From NCBI GenBank assembly GCA_964607485.1, contig CAZSKP010000003.1, forward strand, positions 64,001 through 128,000: a stretch of 64,000 bases of DNA. Direction: 5' to 3'. The notes beneath the pieces are model-generated. The model saw only the letters and a list, made by a program, of their open reading frames with translations, did no database searches and was not told where the DNA came from. Shown in pieces: positions 18,874-28,977 of the stretch (position 1 is the stretch's first letter; every line of letters begins with the position of its first letter). This DNA comes from an uncultured bacterium. Its GTDB lineage: Bacteria; Abyssobacteria; SURF-5. The position numbers and the translations under genes are program-made.

Positions 18874-20712
18874 TCAGGTCTTCCCTTTTTTCAGGGCCTC
18901 GGACGCGAGTTTGTCGGCACGCCGGTTCCGCGACCTGCTCACGTGCCGGAGGGAGAACTCGGCGAACTGGCCCCTTAACGCCTGCGCTTTCTGGATGAGC
19001 GGAAGGAGCTTCTTACTCTTGACGCGATAGGCCCCCGTCATCTGACGGACGACGAGCTCGCTGTCGGAAAGGCATTCCACCTCAGTGGCCCCGAGCTTTT
19101 TTGCCTCTTCGAGAGCACGGATGAGGGCAGTGTACTCGGCGTAGTTGTTCGTCGCCTTGCCTATGGCCTCGCCCAGTTCGCGGACGGGTTCCCCCGTCGC
19201 CGGGTTGGTTATCACCACGCCGATTGCGGCAGGCCCCGGGTTCCCGCGAGAGGCGCCGTCGAAGTGGATCACCAGCTTGTGTGGATTTTCCATTTTGCGC
19301 GCCGAGGCCCGAAGAGCCGGTTGCGGAGCCGTTTCGCTGGCTCCGAGGTATCTCCCATACTCGACGGATGCCGCGAGCGACTCTATCGCCCGCGAGAAGC
19401 TTGCGTAAACGGGAATCTGCTGAGATTCCAAGTGTTGGAACAGAATGTCGTGGTACTCCCTGAATCCAACCGAACAGAATGCGACGGGCTTGCCGGGGTA
19501 CTCGGCCTGGAGGTCTCTTATGAAATCGAACGAAATGCCGGCTTCCGGAAACGGCGACCATGTTATCATCAGGCAGGCGTCCGTCTCCGGGTTGCTCAGC
19601 GCGCAGCGTGTGGTCATCTCGAACGCGGGCTGAAAGCCTATCGTCTCGGTGAGCGGCTCGATGTCGAAGGGATGCCTCACAGTCGCCCAATCGGGATAAT
19701 GCTTCTGTATGCCCGCCAGAAGCTCTTCGGAGAAGTGGGCGAGACGGAAGCCGGCGCTTATCGCGGCGTCGGTGGACATGACGGCGGCTCCGCCCGAAAG
19801 GGAAACGATTGCCAGCCGGTTGCCGCGAGCGACGGGCTGATAGGCGAGCAGCTTCGCCTGGTCGATAAGCCGCTGAAACGAACGGACACGCAGAATTCCC
19901 GCCTGTTTGAACGCTCCCGACACGATGTCGTCGTTGCCCGCAAGAGAGCCGGTGTGCGACATTGCCGCCACAGCGCCCTCGCCGGTGTGTCCCGCCTTCA
20001 CGACCACTACCGGCTTGCGCCGCGTGGCGGTCCTGGCCGCTTCGATGAAGCGCCTGCCATCCTTGATGGCTTCCACGTACATCATGATGACTTTCGTGTG
20101 CTCGTCCTTCGCCAGATATTCGAGCACCTCCGCGTCGTCGACGTCGCACTTGTTGCCCAAGCCGACGACTTTGCTGATGCCGAAGCACTCCGAGGAGAGA
20201 ATCCATTCCAGGAGCATTCCCGCAAACATGCCGGTTTGGGCGATAAAGGCGACGGACCCTTGCTTCACGTCCCGGAGAGGGACGAAGGTGGTCGTGAATC
20301 TGTCGCGTGGGTTCAGTATGCCGGTGGTGTTCGGGCCGATGATCCTGATTCCGGCCCCCCGCGCGATTTCGAGAAGCTCGCGCTGGTATGCGGTTCCCGT
20401 TTCGCCCGCCTCTTTGAACCCGGATGAGATGATGAGAACGCCCTTCACCCGTTTCTGGGCGCAATCTCTCATGACGTCGACCGTGGCCGAGGCCGGTATG
20501 GCGAGAATGACGAGGTCGAGCTCGTCAGGAATCTGCGTGACCGAGGTGTATGTCTTCAGGCCGGCGATCTCTTCTCCCTTCGGGTTCACGGGAAATATCT
20601 TGCCCTCGTACCCGAGATTGAAGAGGTTCGCGACGATGATGCTGCCGAATTTCATCGGGTTGCGGGACGCGCCCACGATGGCCACGCTCTTGGGGTTGAA
20701 AAAGAACTCCAT
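18874..20712 (-). CDS. ADP-forming acyl-CoA ligase alpha subunit fused in frame to C-terminal ribonuclease HI
   Basis: FFNPKSVAIVGAS, IIGPN, SHTGSLAG phospho-His, SGGAAV; then FDGASRGNPGPAAIG, ATNNYAEY, SDSELVVRQMTG.YRVK, HVSR..N..AD.LA (RNase HI domain 18874-19293). Confidence 0.9.
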   Translation of the reverse strand: MEFFFNPKSVAIVGASRNPMKFGSIIVANLFNLGYEGKIFPVNPKGEEIAGLKTYTSVTQIPDELDLVILAIPASATVDVMRDCAQKRVKGVLIISSGFKEAGETGTAYQRELLEIARGAGIRIIGPNTTGILNPRDRFTTTFVPLRDVKQGSVAFIAQTGMFAGMLLEWILSSECFGISKVVGLGNKCDVDDAEVLEYLAKDEHTKVIMMYVEAIKDGRRFIEAARTATRRKPVVVVKAGHTGEGAVAAMSHTGSLAGNDDIVSGAFKQAGILRVRSFQRLIDQAKLLAYQPVARGNRLAIVSLSGGAAVMSTDAAISAGFRLAHFSEELLAGIQKHYPDWATVRHPFDIEPLTETIGFQPAFEMTTRCALSNPETDACLMITWSPFPEAGISFDFIRDLQAEYPGKPVAFCSVGFREYHDILFQHLESQQIPVYASFSRAIESLAASVEYGRYLGASETAPQPALRASARKMENPHKLVIHFDGASRGNPGPAAIGVVITNPATGEPVRELGEAIGKATNNYAEYTALIRALEEAKKLGATEVECLSDSELVVRQMTGAYRVKSKKLLPLIQKAQALRGQFAEFSLRHVSRSRNRRADKLASEALKKGKT

Positions 20713-20803
20713 GCTCCTCTCCGTGTGTGTTCCCCTCGCGGGCGACGGCTGAGACGACCCCGGCTGTCGCCACCCGAGGCGAGATGTCGTGTCTGCGCGA
20801 AAG

Positions 20804-21232
20804 CTACTGTGCCGTGGGCATCATCAATTCTATGGTCTCGCCGTCGAATCCCTTGAAGAAGATCACTTTGAACGGCCCGAGGTCCTCGGCCTCGGAGTAG
20901 AACTCGATGCCCTTTTCCCTAAGCCTGCGGCAAATCTCGTCAAGTTCGTCCACGCCGAACGCGACGTGCATATAGCCGAGGTCGCATTGCCTGCGCTCGA
21001 TATTCCTGCCCTTTGGGTGGAAAAACTGAAAGAGCTCGATGCGGCAGTTGTTCAGCCGGAGCATGACGATTCGTTCCCTGACTCCCGGCAGGCCGATGAC
21101 TGTTCCGAACTGGGGGATGTCTTCAACCGTGACGTCGAATTCGACCTCCATGCCCAAGATATCCCGGTAGAGTTCGAGCGAGCGTTCCATGTCGCTCACG
21201 CTCAAGCCCGTATGATGTATTTCTTTCAGCAT
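20804..21232 (-). CDS. VOC/glyoxalase family protein (methylmalonyl-CoA epimerase-like)
   Basis: IHHTGLSVSDMERSLE.Y, IELFQF, HVAFGV, DGETIEL; ATG at 21232 with GGAG RBS. Confidence 0.88.
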   Translation of the reverse strand: MLKEIHHTGLSVSDMERSLELYRDILGMEVEFDVTVEDIPQFGTVIGLPGVRERIVMLRLNNCRIELFQFFHPKGRNIERRQCDLGYMHVAFGVDELDEICRRLREKGIEFYSEAEDLGPFKVIFFKGFDGETIELMMPTAQ

Positions 21233-21472
21233 ATGGTTTCTCCGGATATGGCTGTGCGAGAAGGGCGGGAGACGGCGTCGTATGCAGGTGAATAATACGG
21301 CCTGAAGGCGTCCATTGTCAAGCATTGGATTGCTTGAATAGAGCGATTGAATATTCAATGTTCCGGATGCGTCTAAAAAGTAAGACAGAATGTACTGTCG
21401 GAATGGTCGATTTTTTGAGATAGTTAATAAGGGGTAATGAAACGGTAGAATTGATGGATAGGAGGTGTCAAG

Positions 21473-22114
21473 ATGATGCGACACCTGAACATTCGCAACC
21501 TGGTGCTGTCGGCCGTGTTGGCAACCGGTCTGGTGGCATTCAGCCTCACCGGCGAGGCGGTTGCCAGGGATGGACACGGCGGAGGCATGCGCGGCCATCA
21601 TGTGAGCTCAAGCCAATTCAGAGGGAATTTTGGGCGAAACATGGGCGGACGCTCTTTCATGAGCCGTCGCGGGTTTGATGGAGGAAGCCGTCACTTCATG
21701 AGCCGCCGTGGGTTTGATGGAGGAAGCCGTCACTTTGTGAACCGTAGTGGCCGGTTTGATGGCGGGCGACACTTCGCGGACCGCCGCGGGTTCGATAGAG
21801 GCGGACGGCACTTCGTGGACCGAGGTGGCCGGTTCGATGGCGGACGCCATTTCAGAGACGGACGCCATTTCAGAGGCGAACGTCACTTCAGAGACCATCA
21901 TGAGCATTTCGGCCGCCACCATTTCGACCGCGATCGGGATCACACGTTCTTCAGCTTTGGGTTAGGCTTTTATCCGTATGATTACTACTACGGGCCGTCC
22001 TATTACTACGGATACCCATATTACGATTACGGGTATCCATGCGGATACTACGGTCCCGGGTACTACGGATATGGGTACTACGCTAACCCGTACTGCTATT
22101 ACAACGGGTACTAA
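21473..22114 (+). CDS. secreted low-complexity protein (R/G/F/H repeats plus Tyr/Gly-rich tail)
   Basis: AGGAGG RBS, signal peptide ending AVA, tandem 13-aa repeats, YYGP/GYYG tail. Confidence 0.85.
   Translation: MMRHLNIRNLVLSAVLATGLVAFSLTGEAVARDGHGGGMRGHHVSSSQFRGNFGRNMGGRSFMSRRGFDGGSRHFMSRRGFDGGSRHFVNRSGRFDGGRHFADRRGFDRGGRHFVDRGGRFDGGRHFRDGRHFRGERHFRDHHEHFGRHHFDRDRDHTFFSFGLGFYPYDYYYGPSYYYGYPYYDYGYPCGYYGPGYYGYGYYANPYCYYNGY
21656..21904 (+). repeat. intragenic tandem repeats: five 39-nt units then three 18-nt units
   Basis: units at 21656, 21695, 21734, 21773, 21812 (FMSRRGFDGGSRH-like), then 21851, 21869, 21887 (FRDGRH-like). Confidence 0.9.
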
Positions 22115-22302
22115 GCCGCTAGAATCCGAAGGCTGAGCGCGGCTGTGAGATAGTCCTGGTTGGACAATGCCGGAGCAAGTGAATTGTCCGAGCCGCCGTC
22201 GAGCATTCTTGGTTCGACAGGCGGCTTCTTGCTATCAATCCTCGGGCGCTTCGCCTCCCCCGATTTCGCACCGCGCGCCTCTGTGGTGATATAATTCCGG
22301 AG

Positions 22303-23187
22303 ATGCCGGAATGCGGCGAGACAGTCTCCGGTCGCAAGCGCGGCACACCTTCAGCACTCATGCGCATCCCAATGGAAACACTCCTGTCAAAGAAGCGAAT
22401 ATCCGATTATCGGCGGAGCAGGTGGCGCGGAGGGCATAACGCGCGCCTGCGAACGCTTGCGCAAACCGGCAGATTCCTCGACAAGGTCGGCATGTGTCTC
22501 CTCTTCTATTGCGACGACATCCCCCTGCCGAAGCTCTACGACTGTGCTGCGGACGACGCCGATTGGTGGGCATGGAAGGACCTTCTGCAGGTGAGGAGGC
22601 TGGCGTACAACGGCCGGCTGGTCAGGCGCAAGGCGACGCTGGTGTCGATGGAGCTGCTGCCGGCCTTCCTTGCCGTTTACCTGACCGGCGGCGGATATGC
22701 GATGCATGAAGAGGAGTATTACTGGGGAAAGCTCGGGCAACTGGCCAACACGGTGGCCGAGTACCTCGACCGAAACGGCCCCACCCCCACCGATGTCCTC
22801 CGCCGGGCCGTCGTGCCGCAGGGCAAGGAACACACCCGCCGGTTTCACTCGGCCCTGTTCGAGCTTCAATCGAAATTCAAAATCGCGTCGGTGGGCCTCG
22901 AGGACAGGAGCTGGGGCGTGCGCGTGCTCGACCTGTTCGTGAATTGGGTCCCGCCGAAGATCGAGCGGAGCGCGGAGAAGATGACCAGAGATGAAGCCAT
23001 CCGACGAATCTCCGAGGCCTTTCTGAACACGGCCGGAGCCGTTCCCGAGGACCTTCTGCCCCGAATGTTCGGCTGGTCATCCGTCGAGACTCTGCCCGCA
23101 ATCGACTCTCTCGTTTCGACCGGCTCTCTCCGTCGCGGACGTGTCCGGGGCGAGCGCGGCATGTGGCTCATGAATCCGGGAGTGTGA
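22303..23187 (+). CDS. winged-helix AlkZ/HTH_42-related protein (start may be 22360 or 22372)
   Basis: WWAWKD.L......YNGRL.RRKATLVS, L.RNGP.PT..LRR, LFELQ..F.I, LFGW-like C-terminal HTH; TGaTATAAT at 22287-22295. Confidence 0.6.
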   Translation: MPECGETVSGRKRGTPSALMRIPMETLLSKKRISDYRRSRWRGGHNARLRTLAQTGRFLDKVGMCLLFYCDDIPLPKLYDCAADDADWWAWKDLLQVRRLAYNGRLVRRKATLVSMELLPAFLAVYLTGGGYAMHEEEYYWGKLGQLANTVAEYLDRNGPTPTDVLRRAVVPQGKEHTRRFHSALFELQSKFKIASVGLEDRSWGVRVLDLFVNWVPPKIERSAEKMTRDEAIRRISEAFLNTAGAVPEDLLPRMFGWSSVETLPAIDSLVSTGSLRRGRVRGERGMWLMNPGV

Positions 23188-23360
23188 ATCTGTCCGGCAA
23201 TGAGCCCCCTCGATTGACATATCATCTTCCCCGCCAAATCCCTTTCCCGCCCCGACATGCCGGGCTGGTCCACCCGTGCGCCGTGGGTGTTCAAACACGT
23301 GCAAGCCCCCATCGCCGCCGAGAAGACTTCGACCGGTGTGTCCAAGCACAAGGCATTGTT

Positions 23361-23428
23361 TAGCAATAAGTTATAACCTACGGCCACAAAAAATCGAGTC
23401 CGAGGCCCATATCGGTATAAAAAATGCA
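23361..23428 (+). promoter_or_regulatory. putative sigma54 promoter with IHF-like site
   Basis: CGGTATAAAAAATGCA (GG-N10-GC, 23413-23428); TAGCAA-N4-TTA at 23361, 53 bp upstream of GG. Confidence 0.5.
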
Positions 23429-23572
23429 TCGCTAGGAAAACTCAGGGCTGTACCGTGCGATATTTCCGTCGCAATCGCATTGAGATAAGTGGTAAGCGGT
23501 TTGGGGAGCAGCCCGGAGTAATCGCCTTCGGCGAGGGGAGACCGCGGAACCCACCGCGGAGGGGAGCGTCGG

Positions 23573-26500
23573 GTGAAGGTAGCGGAATTCTACAGGGAGC
23601 TCGGGAGAAAAGATCCTCCGGGGATGAGAGGGATAAAAGCCCGCTTTGCCATCATCGCGTTCCTCCTGCTCATCGCCGTTGTAGCAACCCCGCTCTTGAA
23701 TATCGAGTTTATCCTTCCGCCAGTTCTGTTTGTGATTTCAATGGAGTTTGTCACCAACCTCATTTGCATTTTCTGGATGGCCACGGGAAGAGGGGCCCGA
23801 CAGCGAATCTATCTCGCAGCGGTCGTTGACCTCTTCCTAGTCACCGTTGTGATCCATTACATCGGCGGAATCGAGACGACGCTTTCATGGGTGTACGCCA
23901 TCGTCTTGCTCGCCTATGCGTCATTATATGGAATGAGGGTTGGCCTGTTCGCGGCAGCGGTCAGTTCCCTGCTCTATTCTTCCCTTCTGTTGGCGGAATT
24001 CTCGAACGTCGTTCCGCACATAAACTTTGACATTGTGAACAGCTCCTACCTGCACGGCGACCGGTTCTATCTCAACATAAAGCTCGTGAGCGAGAACGTT
24101 CTCTTTTTCATCACCGCCGCGGTTGCGGGATTACTCTCCGAACGATTGATCCAGAGCAAGAACGACCTGGAGCAAAGGAACGCGGATATATTGAAGATGC
24201 AGAAGACCCTGGAAGGTCACATGGGCAACCTGGAGCGCACCGTGGCGGAACGCACTCAGGAGCTCACGGACGCCAATGAACAGCTCCGGAGAGAGATCGC
24301 CGAACGCATGCAGGCAGAAGAAGCCCTGAAGGAGTCTGAGGAACGCTATCGAATGCTGGTTGAGGAAGCGAAAGACATAATCTGTACGATCGACATGAAG
24401 ACGGGCATCCTCACCAGCGTCAATAGCTTTGCTGCAAACACGCTTGGATACAGACCCGAAGCTGTTGTGAACAAGCTCAGTTTTCTTGAGATGGTCCACC
24501 CCGAGGACCATCAAAATGTGATCGGCCGATTGCAGGAATTGGCGTCCGAGAGGAAACGGTCGCCCAATTTCCCGTTACGGCTCCGAAAGGCCGACGGCAC
24601 CTACATGAACGTGGAGGTTAACGGAGCCGTCACCTACGATGCCCAAGGCAATCCCGAGACCTTCGTGGGCATCATACGGGACGTCACCGAGCGCCACCGG
24701 GCCGAAAAAGCATTGAGGGAGTCAGAGGAACGCTATCGGACGCTCGTCGACAACTCGCTCACCGGTACGTGCCTCATTCAGGACGGGAAATATCGGTTTG
24801 TGAACAAACGGCTCGTCGAAATGACGGGATACAGTCTGGCAGAGCTGGAGGAGGCGTCGCTCGACCTCCTGGTGCATCCCGACGACGTGAAGCTTGCTCA
24901 GGAAGCGATAGCAAAAAGGATATCAAGGGAGGATCTGACCGGTCATTATCAATTTCGTGCGGTCACCAAGACTGGAGAGATTTTGTGGATCGAAACACTG
25001 GGGACACCGGTTGACTATCAAGGAAGGCCCGCAGTACTGGTTAATTTGATCGACATCACCGAGCGCAGGCGGGCAGAGCAGCACCTCCGGGCGTCGGAGG
25101 AGAGATATCGGACGCTGCTCGACAGCATCGAGGTCGCCTTCTATGAGACCGACCTCGCGGGTAACCTTCTGTTCTTTAACGACACGGTGAGCAAGTTTCT
25201 CGGCTATACGAAGGACGAGCTTGCCGGGATGAGTTATCGACAGTACACCGACGAGGAGAACGCCGATATAATCTACCGCGCCTTCAACGCCATCTACGAG
25301 ACCAGGCTTGCGGAAAAGTCTTTTGAGTGCACCCTCACCTCGAAGGACGGCAAGAAGATACCCGTGGAGTACAGCGTCTCTCTCGTGTACGACGATTCGG
25401 GAGAGCCCATCGGGTTCCGGGGTCTGGCCCGCGACATCGCCGAGCGCAAGCGGGCGGAGGAACACCTGCGGGCATCCGAGGAGAAATACCGCACGCTGCT
25501 CGATAGCATCGACACCGGTTTCTACGAAACCGACCTCGCGGGCAACTTCCTCTTCTTCAACGAAACGATAAGGAAAGACCTGGAATATTCGAAGGAAGAA
25601 CTTGCCGGGATGAATTACCGACAGTACACCGACGAGGAGAACGGCAATATAATATACCGCGCCTTCAACACCGTCTACAGGACGGGCCGGGTGGACAAGT
25701 CATTTGAATGTACCATCCGGTCGAAAAGCGGCAGAGAGATGCCAGTCGAGTTCAGCGTATCTCTCATCCGGAACGATTCGGGCGAGCCGGTCGGCTTCCG
25801 AGGTCTGACGCGCGAGATCACCGAACGCAAGCGGGCGGAGGAGAAACTGAAGAGTTCGGAGGAGCGACTGAAGATATTGTTTGAATTTGCGCCGGACGCC
25901 TACTACTTGACCGATTTCGAGGGCAGGTTTGTCGATGGCAACAGGGCCGCCGAAAAACTGTTCGGTTACAGCAAGGACGAATTCACCGGGAAGAGTTTCG
26001 CCGAATTGAACCTGCTTCCTCCAGACCGGTTCTCAAAGGCGCTCATGCACGTGGCGGAAAATGCCGAGGGAAAAGCCACCGGACCTGACGAGCTCACCCT
26101 CACGCGGAAGGACGGCGTCGAGGTCGCAGTTGAGATAACGACATTTCCCGTGACAATTGAGGATCAGCCGTTGATGTTGGGTATCGCTCGCGACGTCACG
26201 GAGCGAAAGCACCTTGAGCGGCAGTTCTTCCAGGCCCAGAAGATGGAAAGCATCGGCACGTTGGCCGGCGGAATCGCCCACGACTTCAACAATCTTCTCG
26301 GGGGAATTCTGGGCTATGCCTCTTTTATGAAAAGCAGAATCGAGGCGGACCACCCCTTCTATAGGTACGTCGAGACAATTGAAAGAACCGCCATGCGGGC
26401 AGGTGAACTCACCTCACAGCTCCTCGGATTCGCCCGGGGTGGAAAGTACGAAACCAAGTCCATCGACCTGAATAGCATCGTCGAAGAGACATTGAGACTC

Positions 26501-27400
26501 ATCGACAGGACGTTCGACAGATTGATTGAAATCGAGACCCATCTGTGCCCCTCCCTCCCCGCAATCGAGGGTGACGCCGGACAGATACAGCAGGCATTGA
26601 TGAACCTCTGCGTTAATGCCCGCGATGCGATGGCCGGCGGAGGAACGCTGATCATCGAGACGAACGTTGAGGCGCTCTCGGAGGAATATGTGAGAACGCA
26701 CATGGGCGCGAAGGAGGGTTCATACGTGAGTCTGTCGGTGACCGACACCGGAACGGGCATGGACAGGGAAACCTTGCAGAGGATATTCGAGCCCTTCTTC
26801 ACAACGAAAGAACAGGGAAAGGGCACGGGACTTGGCCTGTCGATGGTGTACGGCGTCGTCAAGAATCATGGCGGACACGTGCGCGTGTACAGCGAGCCGG
26901 GCGAGGGGACGACGTTCAAGCTCTATTTGCCCTGCAGCAGAATGCCCGAGGCGCAGGAATTGTCGGAACTTCAATCGCCTCCCGAGGGGAACGAATTGAT
27001 CCTTGTCGTCGATGACGAGGAATCGATACGGTCTGTTGCAAGGGAGACGCTCGAAGCTCATGGCTACCGTGTGCTCCTGGCTGAGGACGGCGCAAAGGCT
27101 ATCGAGATCTATACAGAGCTTGACGGTGAGATCGGCTTGGTTATTCTCGATATGATTATGCCGAAAATGGGAGGCCGTGAGACCTTTCTGAAATTGAAGG
27201 AGCTCAATCCGAACGTGAAGGCGCTCCTTTCCACCGGTTACAGCCAGAATGGGAAGGCGCAGGAAATACTCGACAGTGGAGTCATGGGATTCGTTCAGAA
27301 GCCCTATCAGGTTGATGCGTTGCTGTCGGGAGTAAGAAAGGTGCTGGATGCAAGAGTAACATCGAAAACGTCGTCCTCCCAAGAGGAACACTCTCACTGA
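23573..27400 (+). CDS. membrane hybrid histidine kinase: multi-TM sensor, five PAS/PAC, HisKA, HATPase, REC
   Basis: 5-6 TM helices, repeated ESEERYR/RDVTER PAS boundaries, [48 protein letters not shown]. Confidence 0.95.
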   Translation: MKVAEFYRELGRKDPPGMRGIKARFAIIAFLLLIAVVATPLLNIEFILPPVLFVISMEFVTNLICIFWMATGRGARQRIYLAAVVDLFLVTVVIHYIGGIETTLSWVYAIVLLAYASLYGMRVGLFAAAVSSLLYSSLLLAEFSNVVPHINFDIVNSSYLHGDRFYLNIKLVSENVLFFITAAVAGLLSERLIQSKNDLEQRNADILKMQKTLEGHMGNLERTVAERTQELTDANEQLRREIAERMQAEEALKESEERYRMLVEEAKDIICTIDMKTGILTSVNSFAANTLGYRPEAVVNKLSFLEMVHPEDHQNVIGRLQELASERKRSPNFPLRLRKADGTYMNVEVNGAVTYDAQGNPETFVGIIRDVTERHRAEKALRESEERYRTLVDNSLTGTCLIQDGKYRFVNKRLVEMTGYSLAELEEASLDLLVHPDDVKLAQEAIAKRISREDLTGHYQFRAVTKTGEILWIETLGTPVDYQGRPAVLVNLIDITERRRAEQHLRASEERYRTLLDSIEVAFYETDLAGNLLFFNDTVSKFLGYTKDELAGMSYRQYTDEENADIIYRAFNAIYETRLAEKSFECTLTSKDGKKIPVEYSVSLVYDDSGEPIGFRGLARDIAERKRAEEHLRASEEKYRTLLDSIDTGFYETDLAGNFLFFNETIRKDLEYSKEELAGMNYRQYTDEENGNIIYRAFNTVYRTGRVDKSFECTIRSKSGREMPVEFSVSLIRNDSGEPVGFRGLTREITERKRAEEKLKSSEERLKILFEFAPDAYYLTDFEGRFVDGNRAAEKLFGYSKDEFTGKSFAELNLLPPDRFSKALMHVAENAEGKATGPDELTLTRKDGVEVAVEITTFPVTIEDQPLMLGIARDVTERKHLERQFFQAQKMESIGTLAGGIAHDFNNLLGGILGYASFMKSRIEADHPFYRYVETIERTAMRAGELTSQLLGFARGGKYETKSIDLNSIVEETLRLIDRTFDRLIEIETHLCPSLPAIEGDAGQIQQALMNLCVNARDAMAGGGTLIIETNVEALSEEYVRTHMGAKEGSYVSLSVTDTGTGMDRETLQRIFEPFFTTKEQGKGTGLGLSMVYGVVKNHGGHVRVYSEPGEGTTFKLYLPCSRMPEAQELSELQSPPEGNELILVVDDEESIRSVARETLEAHGYRVLLAEDGAKAIEIYTELDGEIGLVILDMIMPKMGGRETFLKLKELNPNVKALLSTGYSQNGKAQEILDSGVMGFVQKPYQVDALLSGVRKVLDARVTSKTSSSQEEHSH
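25061..25822 (+). repeat. tandem duplication of one PAS module (381-nt period)
   Basis: HLRASEE.YRTLLDSI...FYETDLAGN..FFN...ELAGM.YRQYTDEEN..IIYRAFN starts at 25061 and again at 25442. Confidence 0.88.
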
Positions 27401-27540
27401 GAGCTGCGCCCCTCCCGCCTTTCCACCCTGTCGGCAATCACTAAGCTTATGCTCCCGCCCTCAGAGTGATGCGCTCCGTGGTGACATCTCCCCTTTACCC
27501 GTTGCCTTTTCCTCCACGTATGCGAGCCGGGCACGGGATG

Positions 27541-27702
27541 TGTCGGCATAGCGTCACCTTCTCCGGTGCTCTGCAAACGGAAATCGTGGCAAGTCGGCAT
27601 GGGAAACATACGCGTGACGACTTAAATCGATAGTTGACAAAGAGTTGTGGAAGGGGGCTGACGAGACCTGGCGATGGTTTCAAACTTGGCCCAAGAAATG
27701 CT
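27541..27702 (+). promoter_or_regulatory. sigma54 promoter with enhancer-like site and IHF-like site
   Basis: TGTCGGCATAGCGTCAC (27541), TGACAA-N4-TTG (27635), TGGCCCAAGAAATGCT (27687-27702). Confidence 0.7.
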
Positions 27703-27791
27703 TCAGCCCTTCAGTCGATACACCGACCGATACGGCAATGTGACATGGCGTTCGGTCTCGGGTCAAGAGAAAGCCATGAGGAACCCCGAAT

Positions 27792-28928
27792 ATGACGCGG
27801 CACAAAGTGTTGTTCGTAGATGATGAAGAGAATGTGTTGAAATCCCTCGAACGGATTTTCGTCGATGAGGGGTATGAAATCATAACCGCCTCCAGTGGAG
27901 AGGAGGCTCTCGAAAAGCTGGACAGCGAGAGAGTCTCTCTCGTCATCTCCGACCAGAGGATGCCGGGAATGCAAGGGGTGGAACTGCTGAGCCGCATCAA
28001 GGCCCTTTCACCGCACACGGTGGGCATTCTTCTGACAGGCTACACCGACATCAAGACGGCCATCGTCGCGATCAACAGCGGGGCGGTCTACAAGTACATC
28101 GGGAAACCGTGGGACGATGAGCAGTGCAAGATCACGGTGAGGAGAGCGCTCGAAAACTACGACATCGAGCAGGAAAATCGAAGGCTCGAAAGAAAGATAA
28201 GGAAGCAAAACGAAAAGTTGAAGGAACTGAACAAGAACCTGCAAAGGGCCAAGGAACTGCTGAGCGTCTCTCTGCAGCGCTACGTGAGCACTCATCTGGT
28301 CGAGCGGGTTCTGAAAAGCTCCACTCCGGTCTCGCTCTCGGGCGAGAAGAAAGAAGTGACGATCCTGATTTCCGATATCAGGAATTTCACCGCGCTGGCG
28401 GAGAACATGCCTCCGGAGGAGCTGGTGGAATTCCTGAACCAGTACTTCGAGGCGATGGTCGAGGTCGTTCTGAAGAATGAAGGGCTCCTGGACAAGTTCA
28501 TGGGTGACGCCGTCATGGCGTTGTTCGGCGCGATCTACACGCATGAAGACGACCCGTTAAGGGCGGTCACGACGGCCGTCGAGATGCAGGAGATGGTGGA
28601 AAAGCTGAACGAGAGATGGGCCAGAACGAGCCAGCCTCAGATCAAGGTCGGTATCGGCATCTCCACGGGAGAGGTCGTCGTGGGAAACATCGGCTCCAAG
28701 AAGAGAATGGACTACACCGTCATCGGACAGCACGTCAATTACGCACAGCGGATCGAAGGTCTCACGAAGGTCCTCCCCTCCCCCATCCTGATCGGCGAGC
28801 TCACGTATTCCGAAGTCAGCGAGAAGGTCCACGCCACCCGGTACGGCCCCGTCCAGATTAAAGGGAAGAAAGACCCCATTATCGTTTACGGCGTCAGCGG
28901 GCTGAAAGAACAGTGCACCGAACAATAA
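27792..28928 (+). CDS. response regulator receiver fused to class III adenylate cyclase
   Basis: FVDDE, SDQRMPGM, LLTG, KPW; ISDIRNFT, DKFMGDAVM, GNIGS..RMDYTVIG..VN.A.R (K and T specificity residues suggest ATP). Confidence 0.92.
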   Translation: MTRHKVLFVDDEENVLKSLERIFVDEGYEIITASSGEEALEKLDSERVSLVISDQRMPGMQGVELLSRIKALSPHTVGILLTGYTDIKTAIVAINSGAVYKYIGKPWDDEQCKITVRRALENYDIEQENRRLERKIRKQNEKLKELNKNLQRAKELLSVSLQRYVSTHLVERVLKSSTPVSLSGEKKEVTILISDIRNFTALAENMPPEELVEFLNQYFEAMVEVVLKNEGLLDKFMGDAVMALFGAIYTHEDDPLRAVTTAVEMQEMVEKLNERWARTSQPQIKVGIGISTGEVVVGNIGSKKRMDYTVIGQHVNYAQRIEGLTKVLPSPILIGELTYSEVSEKVHATRYGPVQIKGKKDPIIVYGVSGLKEQCTEQ

Positions 28929-28977
28929 CTCCTTGACCCTCCCCCATCCCACCCGCGCCTCCTCAGGTTCAGATAGG

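Noticed and set aside
18874-19293. RNase H domain as part of a retroelement or transposase
   Set aside because: Motifs match cellular RNase HI (DGASRGNPG); no reverse transcriptase or terminal repeats
20804-21601. 265-aa version of the VOC protein
   Set aside because: The extension crosses the AT-rich divergent promoter region and the opposite gene; RBS supports ATG 21232
21656-21904. 39-nt periodic repeats as a possible CRISPR array
   Set aside because: No unique spacers, units are in-frame codon multiples within a signal-peptide ORF, and no cas genes
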